This document shows, one piece after another, positions 1 to 12,719 of a DNA stretch of 64,000 nt. Where the stretch lies: the NCBI GenBank assembly GCA_013265495.1, contig MU057651.1, positions 1,313,674 to 1,377,673 of the forward strand. Direction: 5' to 3'. Under the pieces are notes generated by a model. It was not told the DNA's origin. It did not search any database and was given only the letters and a program-made list of their open reading frames with translations. This stretch comes from Vicugna vicugna (lineage: Eukaryota). How positions within the stretch are numbered: position 1 is the stretch's first letter; every line of letters starts with the position of its first letter. The translations under genes were made by a program, and so were the position numbers.

Positions 1-1501
1 ATTTTTATAGGCTACACTTGCTTGAAGAAACATTGATGTTGTAACATTTGCTGAAGTACAGCTGAACCCTCAAAATTCTTTTTCTAACCAAATATACATT
101 TTGTGGATGAGAAATATATAAAGAAAGAAATGTTTGTAAACACTGGGTGGTTGTTATGGAATTGAAATATCTGTACTTATTACCTAAGAATGTCTGGGTT
201 TCAAGGCTGAATTAAAATAGATTCCAGGCTTCCTTAAAGGTAAACAGCACATCTGTTGATTTGTCTAGGACAATGGAAACTGACTGAATTTTGTATTATG
301 ATAAAAGTCAGCATCTTCTCTTCCATCTATTTAGCAATACTTTTGGGTAATCTTTTCTCCTTTGGGGAACTTTCCAGATGTTTTGTGAATATGATTCCAA
401 TTTAGAAGAATTGTTTTTCTGGTGTAGCTTACTGATGTCCTAATTCTGAAACTCTTAGACTGGTGTAACTCCATCCAAGGGGTCCTCTGCTGTGTGTGTA
501 GGAGTGCCCTGTGACACTTCGGCTTCCTTGACTGGCCTAGACTCTCAAAGCTGCCTGTGGGAGCAGTTTCCTGGAGTCAACGAATCCAGCCCCTATTGCA
601 GTAATTTCCATTAACAAAGACAGCAACATTTCCAGGTATCAGCCAAGGTTACTGAGTTTTGAGCAGTGTTCGTATAGTGCAGTGCAAATGAATAACCAGT
701 CCCACAAGGTGATTTAGATGGTTCCTTAGGTACAAATATCAACTTGTATTTTCCAAAAGGGAGAGAAGCCCTGAAATTTGGTGAAAATGACAGGGTGGTT
801 GCTGTTGGTACGCACTGTTAAAAGAACTGTTTTCAAATGAAAGATTACAAACATTTATTTTGATGTTAACGTGTTGTAATAGTCTAGCATTAAGTAGTGA
901 AACAACTTTAGACAAGTGTCCAATCTGTATTAGGGACTACATTTGTTTCTTAATATTTATTTAGAAAATTAATCATCAGCGCTTAGTTTTAGCTGGGTAT
1001 GGATTAGGCCTTTCATGATCTTCCGTGGAGAAACCCTCCCACACTGGAACGACTCTGAGCGACCTCGCTCTGCCCAGCAGTTGACTTGTGTCTTGCGTTT
1101 GCTGACCACCTTCAATATTTGCCTAGGCCAGGCATAATGTAAAAAGTAAAATTCTCATTTAAAAAGAGTTGCAAGCTATGGTGCCCAGTTGTAGATGATT
1201 TTGAGACTGTGCACCGTCTTGTTCCTCTCAAGTGAACACTGATGATACAGAGATGACACAGATGATCAACACAGTAGAAGAAGAGACCTATGTTTTAAAA
1301 GAGAGTCTGGACTTTCCTGCCCAAAACCATTTTAAAGAATTGTTTTCCCTATAAAATGTACTGGCTAGCACTTCACTTTTGTCGGAACATTGACCTATGA
1401 TTATTTCATTCAGTATTCTCGTGGGACACCTATCAATTTTAGTGTCTCACATTTTCTTAAGTAAACCCATTTCTTAAGAAAACCCAGGTTTTGGTATTTT
1501 C

Positions 1502-1689
1502 TTTTCTTTTCTTTTATAGAAAGATTTTTTAGAGTTGTAAGAACTTTTATTTTTCCGGGGGGAGGGAGGCAATTAGGTTTATTTGTTTATTTACTTTTTT
1601 TTTTTTTAGAGGAGGTCCTGGGGATTGAACCCAGGACCTCATGCATGCTAAGCATGCGCTCTACCACTTTGAGCTATACCCTTCCCCCC
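1502..1689 (-). mobile_element. tRNA-Ala-derived SINE (camelid Vic-1 type)
   Basis: tRNA-Ala(AGC)-like head with A and B boxes, then an AATAAACCTAAT segment and an A-rich tail. TSD aggtt(t/c)tggtattttc at 1486-1501 and 1690-1705. Confidence 0.9.
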
Positions 1690-1755
1690 AGGTTCTGGTA
1701 TTTTCAAGGTTTCAATAGAAACTAGAAATTTGGGAGCCATTTAAAAGAAAATCTT

Positions 1756-1850
1756 GGGGGGAGGGTATAGCTCAGTGGTAGAGTGCATGCTTAGCATACA
1801 CAAGGTCTTGGGTTCAATCCCCAGTACCTCCATTAAAAAAAAAAAGAAAG
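1756..1850 (+). mobile_element. tRNA-Ala-derived SINE, short form (head plus A tail)
   Basis: GGGGAGGGTATAGCTCAGTGGTAGAG...GGTTCAATCCCCAGTACCTCC plus poly(A). Perfect 13 bp TSD aaaagaaaatctt (1743-1755 and 1851-1863) at a TT/AAAA L1 endonuclease site. Confidence 0.92.
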
Positions 1851-2706
1851 AAAAGAAAATCTTACTGCTCTGGTTTATTATTCTGTATATGAAAAGAGGG
1901 AGTCTTATCACCTCAAACCAAGCAAAATTAGTAGAGTACCATCCATGAGGTGCTAGTTCTGCATGTCTTACGCTTAAGGGAAGCCGGCATGAATCCAGGA
2001 GCTGACAATATAATCAGAGTGGTCAGACCTAAACTTGTGACAAGGCAACTAGGCCTCCCAGGCAGTGAGACATGCTCACAAGGGGGCTGGAAGAGCTCCC
2101 GGTGCTAGTGAAGTGACGCAGCATGAAGGTGTGAGGAGTAACAGCCTCAGGAATGCTGCCTTTGCACACTGATGCTACTTTGTTGGGCTTTCATTTGATA
2201 TTTGTTTCATAATGACTCACTGTTTCGGTTTCCCAAGGACTTTGTTGCTTTGCCTTTGATTTTTTTTGCTGTTGTTGTTGTTTGGTGTGTAGGTCTCTAA
2301 TCTAAGGGATATAAGCCTTCTCTTGTTTTGTTCTTTCTCCCTCTATTTTACAGCTAGATGTAACCCCAAGGATGAAAAGCTTGTGACTTCTTTAGGTCAG
2401 ACAGTAAGTGATTGAAGTCAGGAAGCTTGGACTATATTTCTGACTCAGTTATTAATGATCTCCCACAAGACTTGTACTCAGAGGTCTGAGTGTGACCAGG
2501 ACTGTAGGCGAGTAGCCTAGCAACCCCAAAGTGGAAGTCCACACTCCCAAATTCAAAATAATTGCAGGAAGTCCAGTATGATCAATCAAGAATGAATGCA
2601 ATATTTCTTTTAAAAATAGTTTTGCTTGTTTCAGTGATATATATAGATAACTCAGAATGGGCTGAGGGGTATCAAGGAGAAGTCTTCCAGAGTGCTGCTT
2701 TTTCAT

Positions 2707-2729
2707 ACACACACACACACACACACACA
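2707..2729. repeat. (AC)n microsatellite
   Basis: About 11 AC units. Confidence 0.95.
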
Positions 2730-5700
2730 ATTGTTAATTATGATGTTACAGTGCACATAGATGGTTAATTCTAAAGTTCTGGAAATAGTTTCTCTTTCCG
2801 CAAGTCCTGTACTTCTCTTCCAACCTTAATTACAAAGTTGATTTGCTTAGCGGAGCAGACCCTTCTTTTCCAGTCAGCCTAGGTCTGTTTGAATTAGCAC
2901 AGATTTTGAATTAGTGGAGCTCAAATTAATGACGTTTTATTCTGTTACGAAGAGTTTGTTTTCCATCACTGATAATTATTTCCAGGAAAGTTAAGTCCGC
3001 AGAAAATATTCTCCCCATTTCCTTAATGTTGTTGACCAAAGTCTAAGAAGTGGCTTTTAGTTACATGGGGGACGGAGAGGCCATGGCAAGTAGCAAAGGA
3101 AAATGAGGTGCTACAACCTGGTCTCTCAGATTTGTGGGGTAGACTCTGAGCAGCATTCTAAACCAGTATTATTTTTTGTAAAAGGCAAGCCAGACCTGGG
3201 AATGTGAAGTCTAATGTGACTGAGGGAATGTGTGCTGGTGCATACTAATACTTTAACCCTCATCAGCCTGGTGAGTTGTCAGGACGTCTTGGTTGATGAC
3301 CATTCTGACAGCCCCACCAGAGGGGCACCAGAGGTCCACCCATCTTCTCCTCCTTCAGCTCTTCTCCTCCCTGCCAGATCATTCTCATTGCCTCCGAGGG
3401 CTGATTTCCAACCAGTCCCCTTTCTCCCTTGGACGCTTACCTGAAATCTCCCAGAGAACTGGGAGAATAGGCAGAGGACTTTTTTTTTCAGGATTTTTTG
3501 ATTTGTGAACTGACATCTGATTTCTTTTAGACCCATGTTCATTTAGAGAGACTGTTATTTTTTGCTTCTTTTTTCTATGCCTGCCCTTGCTGACTTGTGA
3601 TTCATCCAGTTTGTAAGATGTCCCTTTATGAGAAGGTGTGAAAAGCATAAAAATAGACAAGTAATATGGGTCCCTATATGTTCTGAACTACAGCGAAATA
3701 GTAGGAATAATCACCCCACATGCATAAGAGGCCATTGAGCTCCTCCAGGTTGCAAATCATCTGTGTTTTCCTGGAGGAAAAGACCTGTGAGATCAAAGCA
3801 ACTCTGTAACTCTATCAGGAAAGTAGATTATTATGTATTTATAGCAGTTTATGCATTTTAGGTAGAAAAATGTTGCCAAACTGCTGCACTGTGAATGCAC
3901 AGTAATCTAACTAAAGACTCAAAACACCAGTTACCACCTTCTAAATGAACAGTATTTAATAGACACTAAACAGAGGAAAACATACTTTAGTGGACAGTTT
4001 TTAAGTTGATGAATAAAAGGATATTTAGAGTATGGGGAAACATTGACTGTTTAATAAAGCATAACCAATAGGGCCATTTAATGTTTATTATATTGCCAAT
4101 AAATGTTTATTAAATAGGTGACTGTATGAGACCACCTTCCTAAATTTCTTTAAGTTGTTCAATATTTAACTTGCTAGCTACTGAATGCTAGGCACTGGCT
4201 ATACAGTGGTGAGCAAACGTGGGCAGGGTCACCGTGCTTATGGAGCTGATGGTCTAATGAGGTTATACATATAACACATCCATAGGTATAAATAGTCAAA
4301 AACCTAGTTTTTTAGTTTGAGTTTCTGTGGGGTTTTGCTTAGCCTGATGGATTTTCTACACATAGGCTAGGATCTGTAAAGTTCAAAGTAGGAAACCCTG
4401 TGTGTTTAAGTGCCTTTCTCTTTGTCTCTCTTTTTTCACATCTCTAAAATGGGACTTTATGAGATTTGTACTTATCATTAGGTGCTGTGAGTTGCTCAAG
4501 TAAATGCCAGTCGGACCATAGTGAAACTTCCATGAAGCGAGGTATGCCACGGGACTGCAATTGAACAGACTATGCCCCGAGATGTAGACGTGTACCTGGC
4601 ACATGGCAGGCGCTCAATAAATATTTGCTGGATTAATCAGTTCATGGTCATAGATGTTCTCTTCCATCAGGAATCATTAGGACCACCCCTTATTCATGGC
4701 AAGTTTTGCTGCTATGGGGGACAGAGCTGTTGTCACATGACTGTAGTTTAAGTTGCAGGGCTTTTATCCATTGCATTTTTTCCATCCCCAAATGATGCTG
4801 TTTCCTTTTAGTATCTATTGTGGTTTTCCTAATATGTACTGTAGTACAGAATCAGCAATTGTTATTTCAGCAGCATATTGTGAAGCTTTTCCAGCGTATC
4901 CTGTTACCCCATGTGCTTGTCTCATGGAAACAAAATCAAAGTAGGACTTTTTCAATGGGAGAATTAAGTAATTTTTAATGGTAATAGAATGGGGAACTAT
5001 ACAAGTGAAATTTTTCTTTGCCTTTGAAAATTAGGTTTATCAAGATATAAACCAAACAAGAGATGAAAAGTTAAAATACTCTTTTCTGCTTGATCAGGCT
5101 GACTTTAAACATATTTGTTGAAAGGAAGAAAGTAAAATGTGTTCCAGGTTAAGAGATTGGAAGGTAGGTTGGACTGAAGTCCACATCAAGAACCGCATAT
5201 TTCTCCCGTGCTGAATCGGCACACACTGTTGTGCTGTTTACTTGGAAATGGGCGTTGAGGTTATCTTGCCCTGACCAGCTTATAGTCTGACATATTTATA
5301 TATACACAAGCAGAACATAGCGTGGCATTTACAACAGGGACAGATTCTCTAGTTGCAAGAGCTCGATAAAAGGGAATTAAATGTCTTATTTTAGAAATGT
5401 ATAACTTTTCTGTTGAATGGTCCTTCCATGTAGCTCAGCAGCTAGGGAGAAATGATGGGCCAGAATGGACGGCCTGGACTGCAAGGAGAAAAGAGCAAGG
5501 GCAAAGCACGAGAAGGAGAGAGCAACACCTACCATGAGTGTGTAAGAATAAAGAGAGATGAGAAGGGAGTGGATGGGACATGCGGGGAGGGCAACAGTGC
5601 AGGCTGTGGCTGCCACCCTCACCGGGTTAGTACCCTGCTGCTCCCCCACACTTATCTGCTCTGTTTCTAGATCCTGCGTGACGTCAGCATGCTGACCAGT

Positions 5701-6664
5701 ACCTGGACCCCAACAGTGTTCCTTTCTGCCGAGAAGCCCAAAGCTTTATTTCCCCAGCTATTCTCCCATGCCTCTGGGATCATTTTCTTCTTCTTACTCC
5801 ATACGTCCGTTCTGGAGTATTACTGGATTAGGACAGAGTTGGTCCACAAATGTGGGAAAGAATGATGGAAAGATGAGTGGCTGGGGGACAGGAGAAGTCA
5901 GGAGACGCAGCATAGGCGTCCCGACTCCACCGCTCAGTCGCTGTGTCTCTGGGCTCATCACTTTCTGCTCTAGTTCCCCCAAATGTCAGGTGAAGGGTGT
6001 GGACTACATGGTCTCTAAGTGCTTGGAGTTCTGACATTTCGTGACTCTGTGACTACAGGGGGCCTTGTTCTTGGAGGGACACCTATTTTGGTTTCTAATC
6101 TAAGGTAGCATTAGCTTTGTCAACTTCATAGGGCTGTTGGGAGCATCAGTTAAGATAAGAGGTGTGAAGACCCTTTGGAAATTCTGTAAGAATCATACAA
6201 AACAAAGATGATATGAATGATTTAAAGGAAACTTTCCCCCAAAGATATCACATAGTGATACAATTTAAGACAGGTCTGTTTAAATGAATGTGAGGAAAGT
6301 TACGGAGGCCTTAACAGCCTGTGTGTAGTTACGCTGCATTGTAGAGAAATCTGCCATCGGACAGTACACTGACTCTATAACCAGTGTGGGACAAGCAGCT
6401 AGGCTGCTGGGTGAGGCACTCAACTTTTCTTCCCAGCTTCCCCCACCCACTGCTTTTCAAGATTACCCTAAAAGCCTAGAAAGAAACAGGCAGTGGATCA
6501 GGTACCTTTCTCTGTCACGATCACCGGTCTACTCCCCCAAGGCTGAAGCTGAACATTAAAACCAGTACGGAAGGGGATGGGTCATCTTGACCCAAAGGCA
6601 GCTGCCTTGCACTCTGGCGTGTTACACTTTTCTGTTGGAGGTAGCTTTTGTGTGCCTTTGACTT

Positions 6665-6793
6665 TTTTAAAAAATTTTTTTTGCAGGAGGTAATTAGGTT
6701 TATTTATTTATTTTAATGGAGGGATTGGGGATTGAACCCAGGACCTCATGCATGTTAAGCACGCGTTCTACCACTGAGCTATACTCTCCCTTC
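6665..6793 (-). mobile_element. tRNA-Ala-derived SINE (Vic-1 type)
   Basis: Same head and tail as the other copies, reverse orientation. TSD tgcctttg(a/t)ctt at 6653-6664 and 6794-6805. Confidence 0.9.
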
Positions 6794-7809
6794 TGCCTTT
6801 GTCTTAATGTTCTCCTCTTGTCCCCACCCACATTCTTTTCTTTCACCTCTTCCTCGCAACATTTTTACAGTTCTTTCTTCCTGACCTTACTAGACTAGAA
6901 TAAGGAAAGAAAAGAGGAAAACATCCAGAAGGTGGGGGAGGTGAAGAAGAGGAGGAAAAGAAAGATGAACAACATCTCTGTTGAGGCCACAGAGAGGGCT
7001 GGACTCCTTTACTCTCTCTTCCTCAGCATGACCAAGTTGATAAATTGATTTTGTACCTCGTCTTCAAGACTGATTTCTTTCCCTTTATTACCTTTGTCCC
7101 CTGTCAGCGACATCTGAGACAATCCTAGACAGGCCACACAGTGAGAACCAGCATGCTAGCTCCCAGCAGACCTGCACCATCTAGGACTAACAAGAGTTTA
7201 AGAAGGGACAGTAAACCCATGGGTAAGGCCGCACCACCTTAACGTGGCACGTAAGTTAGCGTGACACCATATGTTTTGCAGTTTACAGAGTTCAATTTAT
7301 AGATTTCATTACCATGCAAAGAGGGAAGGAAAAAAATCGCATGGCTCTTGTGGTGAGTATGAGAGAGCTTATTCATTCAGGTTGGAAAAGCAAAGTTAAA
7401 AATCAGAAGCAGGCCCGCCAGCCTAGATATGTCCAAAACTAGTACTTTGGTAACGCTGTTATGACTTCCAGTAGATTAAATTTCAAATTGTGGAAAGGCT
7501 TCAGAATAAGGGAAGGCTTAGTGTCCCACTAATAGGGCTTATTAAATTTAGATAAAACAGATGTTTTTCAATGACAGCAGCTCTGAATCACCAAGATCAA
7601 AATGGAGGAAGAAGAGAACAAAAACAAGCCAATACTTTCACTAAAAGAGTTCTGTGTATCTTAGTTGCAGAGCCTGCTCAATACTTACAACCTAAAGCAT
7701 CTAGTTAAACCCTGAGAGAAGAAGCATTATTGGGGGGAAATCCCTTGGAACTGACTGCATGTGTATACACTGAAGTTGATTTGCTCACATTCTAGAAAAG
7801 AGAATGGCC

Positions 7810-8015
7810 TGTAGAGGCAGGCAGCCCAAAGTTCAGATGTCAACTCTCTTACCTGTTTTTATGACCTTCAGCAAGTTGCTTAATCCCGCTGAACTCACCC
7901 AACTTGAGGTGAAGCTCAATTTCCTCATCTACAAAATGGGGTTGTTTTGAGGACTCAACAAGCTAATGCATATGTAACACCTGGCTCATGGCAGGTGCTC
8001 AACAGATACTGGCTC
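7810..8015 (+). mobile_element. MIR
   Basis: tgaccttcagcaagttgcttaa, ctcaatttcctcatctacaaaatgggg, cctggctcatggcaggtgctcaa. Confidence 0.8.
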
Positions 8016-8400
8016 TTTTGTATTTAAAGCTCTTTTTGCTCAAAGGGTCATGTCTAAGTATGTTAAGACCAGTTTCTTAGAACGTGACTTAGGGCTTTAG
8101 ATTAGCAGTCTCCTGAGAGAGGTGCACCCTGATGATCCATTGTTGGGCAGGAAGAAAAGATTAGAAGTTTTATTTATGATCTTTTATCTAAAATATAAGA
8201 AATGACTGAAATTCCATCATACTTCATATATGTATTGACCCTGGTGCTCTCATTTGGTCTGTGTTGGTGGGTCACTGTCATATACTCTAAATGAGGGATC
8301 CTGAGGACAGCGTGGGAGCCATGATTTGATGGGAGTCCATAGTGGCACACACTGCTCCTTTCAGTCACTGTCAGCATACTGCAACATATTTGAGTTGATG

Positions 8401-8601
8401 TGCCTGGTTAAGTAGGTTCATGGTTCTGAGTATTATCTTCAACCTGTGGTTTCTTTGCAGGAATCTTCTTAAGCCATTTGTCCATTGTGCGCAGGTTAGC
8501 TAAAGCTGGATAAAGCCACTCGGGATGGAGAAGTGGCTTAAGAAGATCCTTGCAAAAGAACAGTGGAGTGATGATAATAGTCATAAAACAAGCACCAGGC
8601 A
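8401..8601. repeat. Long imperfect inverted repeat
   Basis: Perfect 14 bp arms at 8463-8476 and 8534-8547 inside a ~35 bp stem, plus outer symmetric matches. Confidence 0.8.
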
Positions 8602-10469
8602 AGGACAAGAAAAAGGCAGCGCTGGCTGCCACTTCTCCTACAGGTCACCTCATAACTTGGTTGGCCAAGTCATCAAGGTAAAATGAAGATGATCTAATCA
8701 GACCCAACAAGATTATCAGCCCCCAAATAAGAAGGAAATAATCAGGAACATTATTCGAAATATGCATCTATACCCACTGTTTCTAACAACAAAGATTCCT
8801 CTAAGTAGATACTGTGCTTTGGCTATATGAGCTATATGTGACAGTAGTACGTGTACACAGTTTACAGATAAACAGCCACGTTGAGGATGCATGCTCAGAC
8901 TTCTTTTACCGATAAGAGTGCTCAATCAAAACAGTTTGGAGACAAGAGGTTTAGATGAGGAAAGCATGGAGCCTCTCATCTCTCATTTTGTGTCTGCTGC
9001 TTAGAGAGCTGTTTTGTTTTCTTTTTTTCCTAAGGACTTTGCTGGAGCATAACCAGTGGGATACAGAATAATAGCTCTAAATCCATTGAAGACAAATGGA
9101 GCACAATTTAGGGAACTACATTCTCTTGATAAACATTTCTTGTATGGAGGTTAAAGGCCAATCCCTGCCCTGGAGACTTTTGAAAATCTAGTTCAGGAAA
9201 ACGAAGAGTTACAAAGCAGCATATGAATGCAGGCCTGCAGGATAATGGAAATTCTTGATGAAGAAGCACCTCACTTGAGGTAGTAGATTTATTACTAGGG
9301 AAAAAAATGTGTATACATTTTATTTCTGTAAATGTACCTGCAATTCTGGGTCACTTAGTAACCAGTAAACCAGCAGCAGAGAGTGTAAAACAGATCCTTC
9401 CAGAAAAGATGCCAACCTCATCTGACCATTCCTCTCAGCATTCCTATCAAAGTCTTTTACGCATATTCACATGTTGTTTTGTAATCTACTATTCTTACAT
9501 CCTCCGTGGCTCTTCACATACTAAAAGGCAAATAGCAGGTGCTCAGTAAATATTTTGAAAATGAAAGAAACTGAAATGAAAGCTCCTCAAAAACACCAGA
9601 ACCTGGAAAGGTGGCCATTTAATTCAATTTGAGAGGTAGTTCAGTTTTATAGTGTCCTAACTTAGAGAACACAGGGATGAGATCCCTGGGCACTCTGCAA
9701 GTCTATGGGAGGTTATTTTTGTGTTACATTTTCTTAAAGGTAGAGACAGCCTCACATTTTCACATTTCCCAAGATGAAGCTTATTGGTGGTCATGTTGTA
9801 ATCCATTTTCCATACCCACTGATTTTTTTTTGCCAAGGCTATTGAGAGCACTGTTCTAATACTGTATAGCAATGAAGGACCCCAAGTCATGTTGAGTCTT
9901 AAAGATGAACTTGTGTCATAAACAGAAAGTCAAATTATGTTATTTATACTCTGGTAGAATATACCTTAAAAGATATTCATCAGAAAAATAACTGAAACCC
10001 AAACCAGTTTCTAGTAGTTCATTTCCAAAAACAGTAGAGAGGAAATCCAGCAACTCTGCAGGGAGAGCACTGTGTGGACCTTGCATGGAGAGAGAGGAGG
10101 AGTACATGGCGTATCCGCTAAACATCGAGCCACCTGTTTCTTCATGGATCTGGTATTTTCCAGTTGTAGCTCTGCTCCGCTCAGTCAAATTCACAACCTC
10201 GTCTCCTAATTCAGAGGTGAGGAATTTGTGGCTGGGATGCAGATTCTTGACAGTATTGCTCTGGTCATCACAGCATGCAGCCCAGAGAGTATTTTTCCCT
10301 CCTGGTGGGCATCTGTGGCTATCTTAGAGAACAGAGGCTTTTAGGAATTCGAGAACGGGGCAAGTCAAGAACTTTAAGCTAATCGGAAGGCAGTAGGTGA
10401 TAAACACTAAAGCCTAAGTGAATCCTATAGGATAGGAGCCATATATGTATGAAAACCTACAGCGCCCAT

Positions 10470-10705
10470 CACCTTTCATCTCCCTCCTCCCCTACCCTTC
10501 CACCCTTCCTTCGTTGCTTCCTCTCTTTGCCCCTCTGTCTGTCTCTATTTTTTTTTTACTTTCTTTGCTTCCCAGTTCCTTTTCCTGCTTTTCATTTTCT
10601 CTTCCTCTCCATCTTTATTTCTTTGTATATATTCCCTTTTTCTTTTTCTTTTCCTCCTTCCTACTTTCTCTTTTGCATTATGTTTTGTGTCTATTATTTT
10701 TTTTT
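10470..10705. repeat. Pyrimidine-rich low-complexity tract
   Basis: Strongly C/T-rich on +. Confidence 0.8.
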
Positions 10706-11889
10706 AATAATGGGAACCTAAAATGGCTACTTAATGTGAAAGAGAGGATGGGGATAATTTTTCAGATTTGGGGTTGGATTCTAGTATTCCAAGTTCCTGG
10801 AGTTCAGACATGCCACATGTGCATCCTGTTCTAGAAGCTCTGATGAGGAATGGCAGAATTTCCAGATGATTGAAACCCCTTGTGAAAAAAAACTTTTAAA
10901 AAAATTTTTTAGACTAATATATGCTTGATTTGCTTTTCTTCACCTATCCACCTAGGGATTTTTAATTTTGGTTTTAATTACTTCCTTGTCCTGAAAAATG
11001 ATTGCCTGTAATATGAAGCCCTTCTCAATTTGGTAACTTTCCACTGGTTAACTAAGGTCATCAGTGTTTTAGAAAGTGAAGAAATGAATGAATGAGTGAG
11101 TCAGTGGCTGGCTAGCTAGATTCACTTAAGTCATTTCTTTTGAATGCTATATTGTTTATGATGAGCCTTGTAATTTCTAAGGTTTTGTCTCTTTTCAGCT
11201 GTCTTTTTCCCCTCATAATTTCCAGGTCCTGTTACCTTTGATTCTCTGATAGCTAAACTCCTAATTCTTTTTTTTTAATGTTCATTTTCATTAAGGTAGT
11301 ATTTAACATTAGATATTAACTTTAACAGATGTTAATGATGCTTCTCAATTAGGTGAAATATATTCTTGGGAAGATGCCAGTTTGAAATGAATATATTTGA
11401 ATTTGTTATGTGAATTAAACTGTTGTTTAAACCTTGGCCATCCATCATATGGGCGATGGAGCAGCCGGCAGATTTTTGTACATAAATGTTTTTTTTTTCC
11501 CTAGCAGTATTTAAACATTAGAAAATGGCTTCCTATTGTAGCAAAGGGAACTTCATCCGAATTTACTACAAGATCTCTTTGTTTGTCAGTTCCTTAGACT
11601 GCCCAAATTTAAGTTGGCATACACTACTTTGGTATAAAATGCTCTCCGTGGACAATACTAATATTTTAAAATCCTTTTTGCTCCTGCAGATTTCCAGTAG
11701 GCAGGAAGTCTAGCTATATTTACCCCTTGGCTACTAATGAACGCTGTTACATTATTATTTACCTACTTTAGGCAGAGGCACTGCAGGTATGAGGTCAGAG
11801 TTGCCTAGTAAGGCAAGCATTTAATTTTAAAATTAAAAAAATCATAATCCAGACAAAGTTGGCAACAAAGGCTTGGATCCTAGAAAGAA

Positions 11890-11985
11890 TTGTGGACTTG
11901 AGTCAGAGAATCTGGGTCGTATCCCCACCTGTGTCACTAAGTAGCTGGGTCACCTTGAGTAAGTCACTGCCTGACTCTGGACAGC
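11890..11985 (+). mobile_element. MIR fragment
   Basis: gagtcagagaatctgggt...gctgggtcaccttgagtaagtcact. Confidence 0.65.
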
Positions 11986-12719
11986 ATTCTCTCTAGAGGC
12001 TGAGCTCCCACATCACATATTCTATATACTAAAGAGAGTGGGGCTGAGGGCTGAATCGTCTTGTTTATCAGCCATCCACACCAGCCTAGCAGCTCTGAGG
12101 TCAGTCTCCAGCCGCATTTTTCATCTTTTAAAATAATCCCTTAAATCCTTGCTGGGCTTTCATTGCTAGTCCTTTTCCCTAGGAATTTGTATTTAAAGAT
12201 AGTGAGTGCTTCCTGCCTTTTGGAGTCTGTCTATGCTCATGAAAAGTTACTTACAGTTGATGAAAAATGCAAGAATTAAGTCTTGTTTAAATGACTGTGT
12301 CTGTAAAATCAGACTGTTTCCATCATGATTAACGTATCTATCTCAGAGTTTTGAAGTTAATACATTTGAGCCTTGGTATGATGAGACATGTTTGTCACTT
12401 TATCTTATTAGCTATGCTAGCATTCTCCCACGTACTAAACATTCTTTTTTTTTTTTTAAGCCCCAAATGATTGAGCAACAGGCAAACAGGAAAGCTTGCT
12501 AGCCTGTTCCTCAGTTTCATTCTGGGTACTTGAAATTTTCATTGATTTGAAATAGTTGGAATTGCACTGAGCTAAAATGTACCTTTCATTGGTTTGCTAG
12601 TAGGAAAAAGTAAACAAAATAATAACTTGCCTCAAAATGTTGAGAAATTAACTGTAGCATGTGTATTGTTTTAATGTAACAGCTAGAGCTAGACACCAAA
12701 AACTCTTCATTAAAGGAGG

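Noticed and set aside
1759..1832. Apparent tRNA-Ala(AGC) gene (also near 1610-1686, 6717-6790 and 16535-16608)
   Set aside because: Each copy has an A-rich tail, TSDs and substitutions relative to the tRNA, so these are SINE copies rather than tRNA genes.
2354..2403. Possible 50 nt cryptic exon (long pyrimidine tract + cAG, donor ACA|GTAAGT)
   Set aside because: The exonic part of the donor is poor and nothing else supports it. Such pseudo-exons are common in long introns.
3314..3330. CTCF-like motif CCACCAGAGGGGCAC
   Set aside because: Mismatch at a core position (G instead of C after GG); not supportable without ChIP data.
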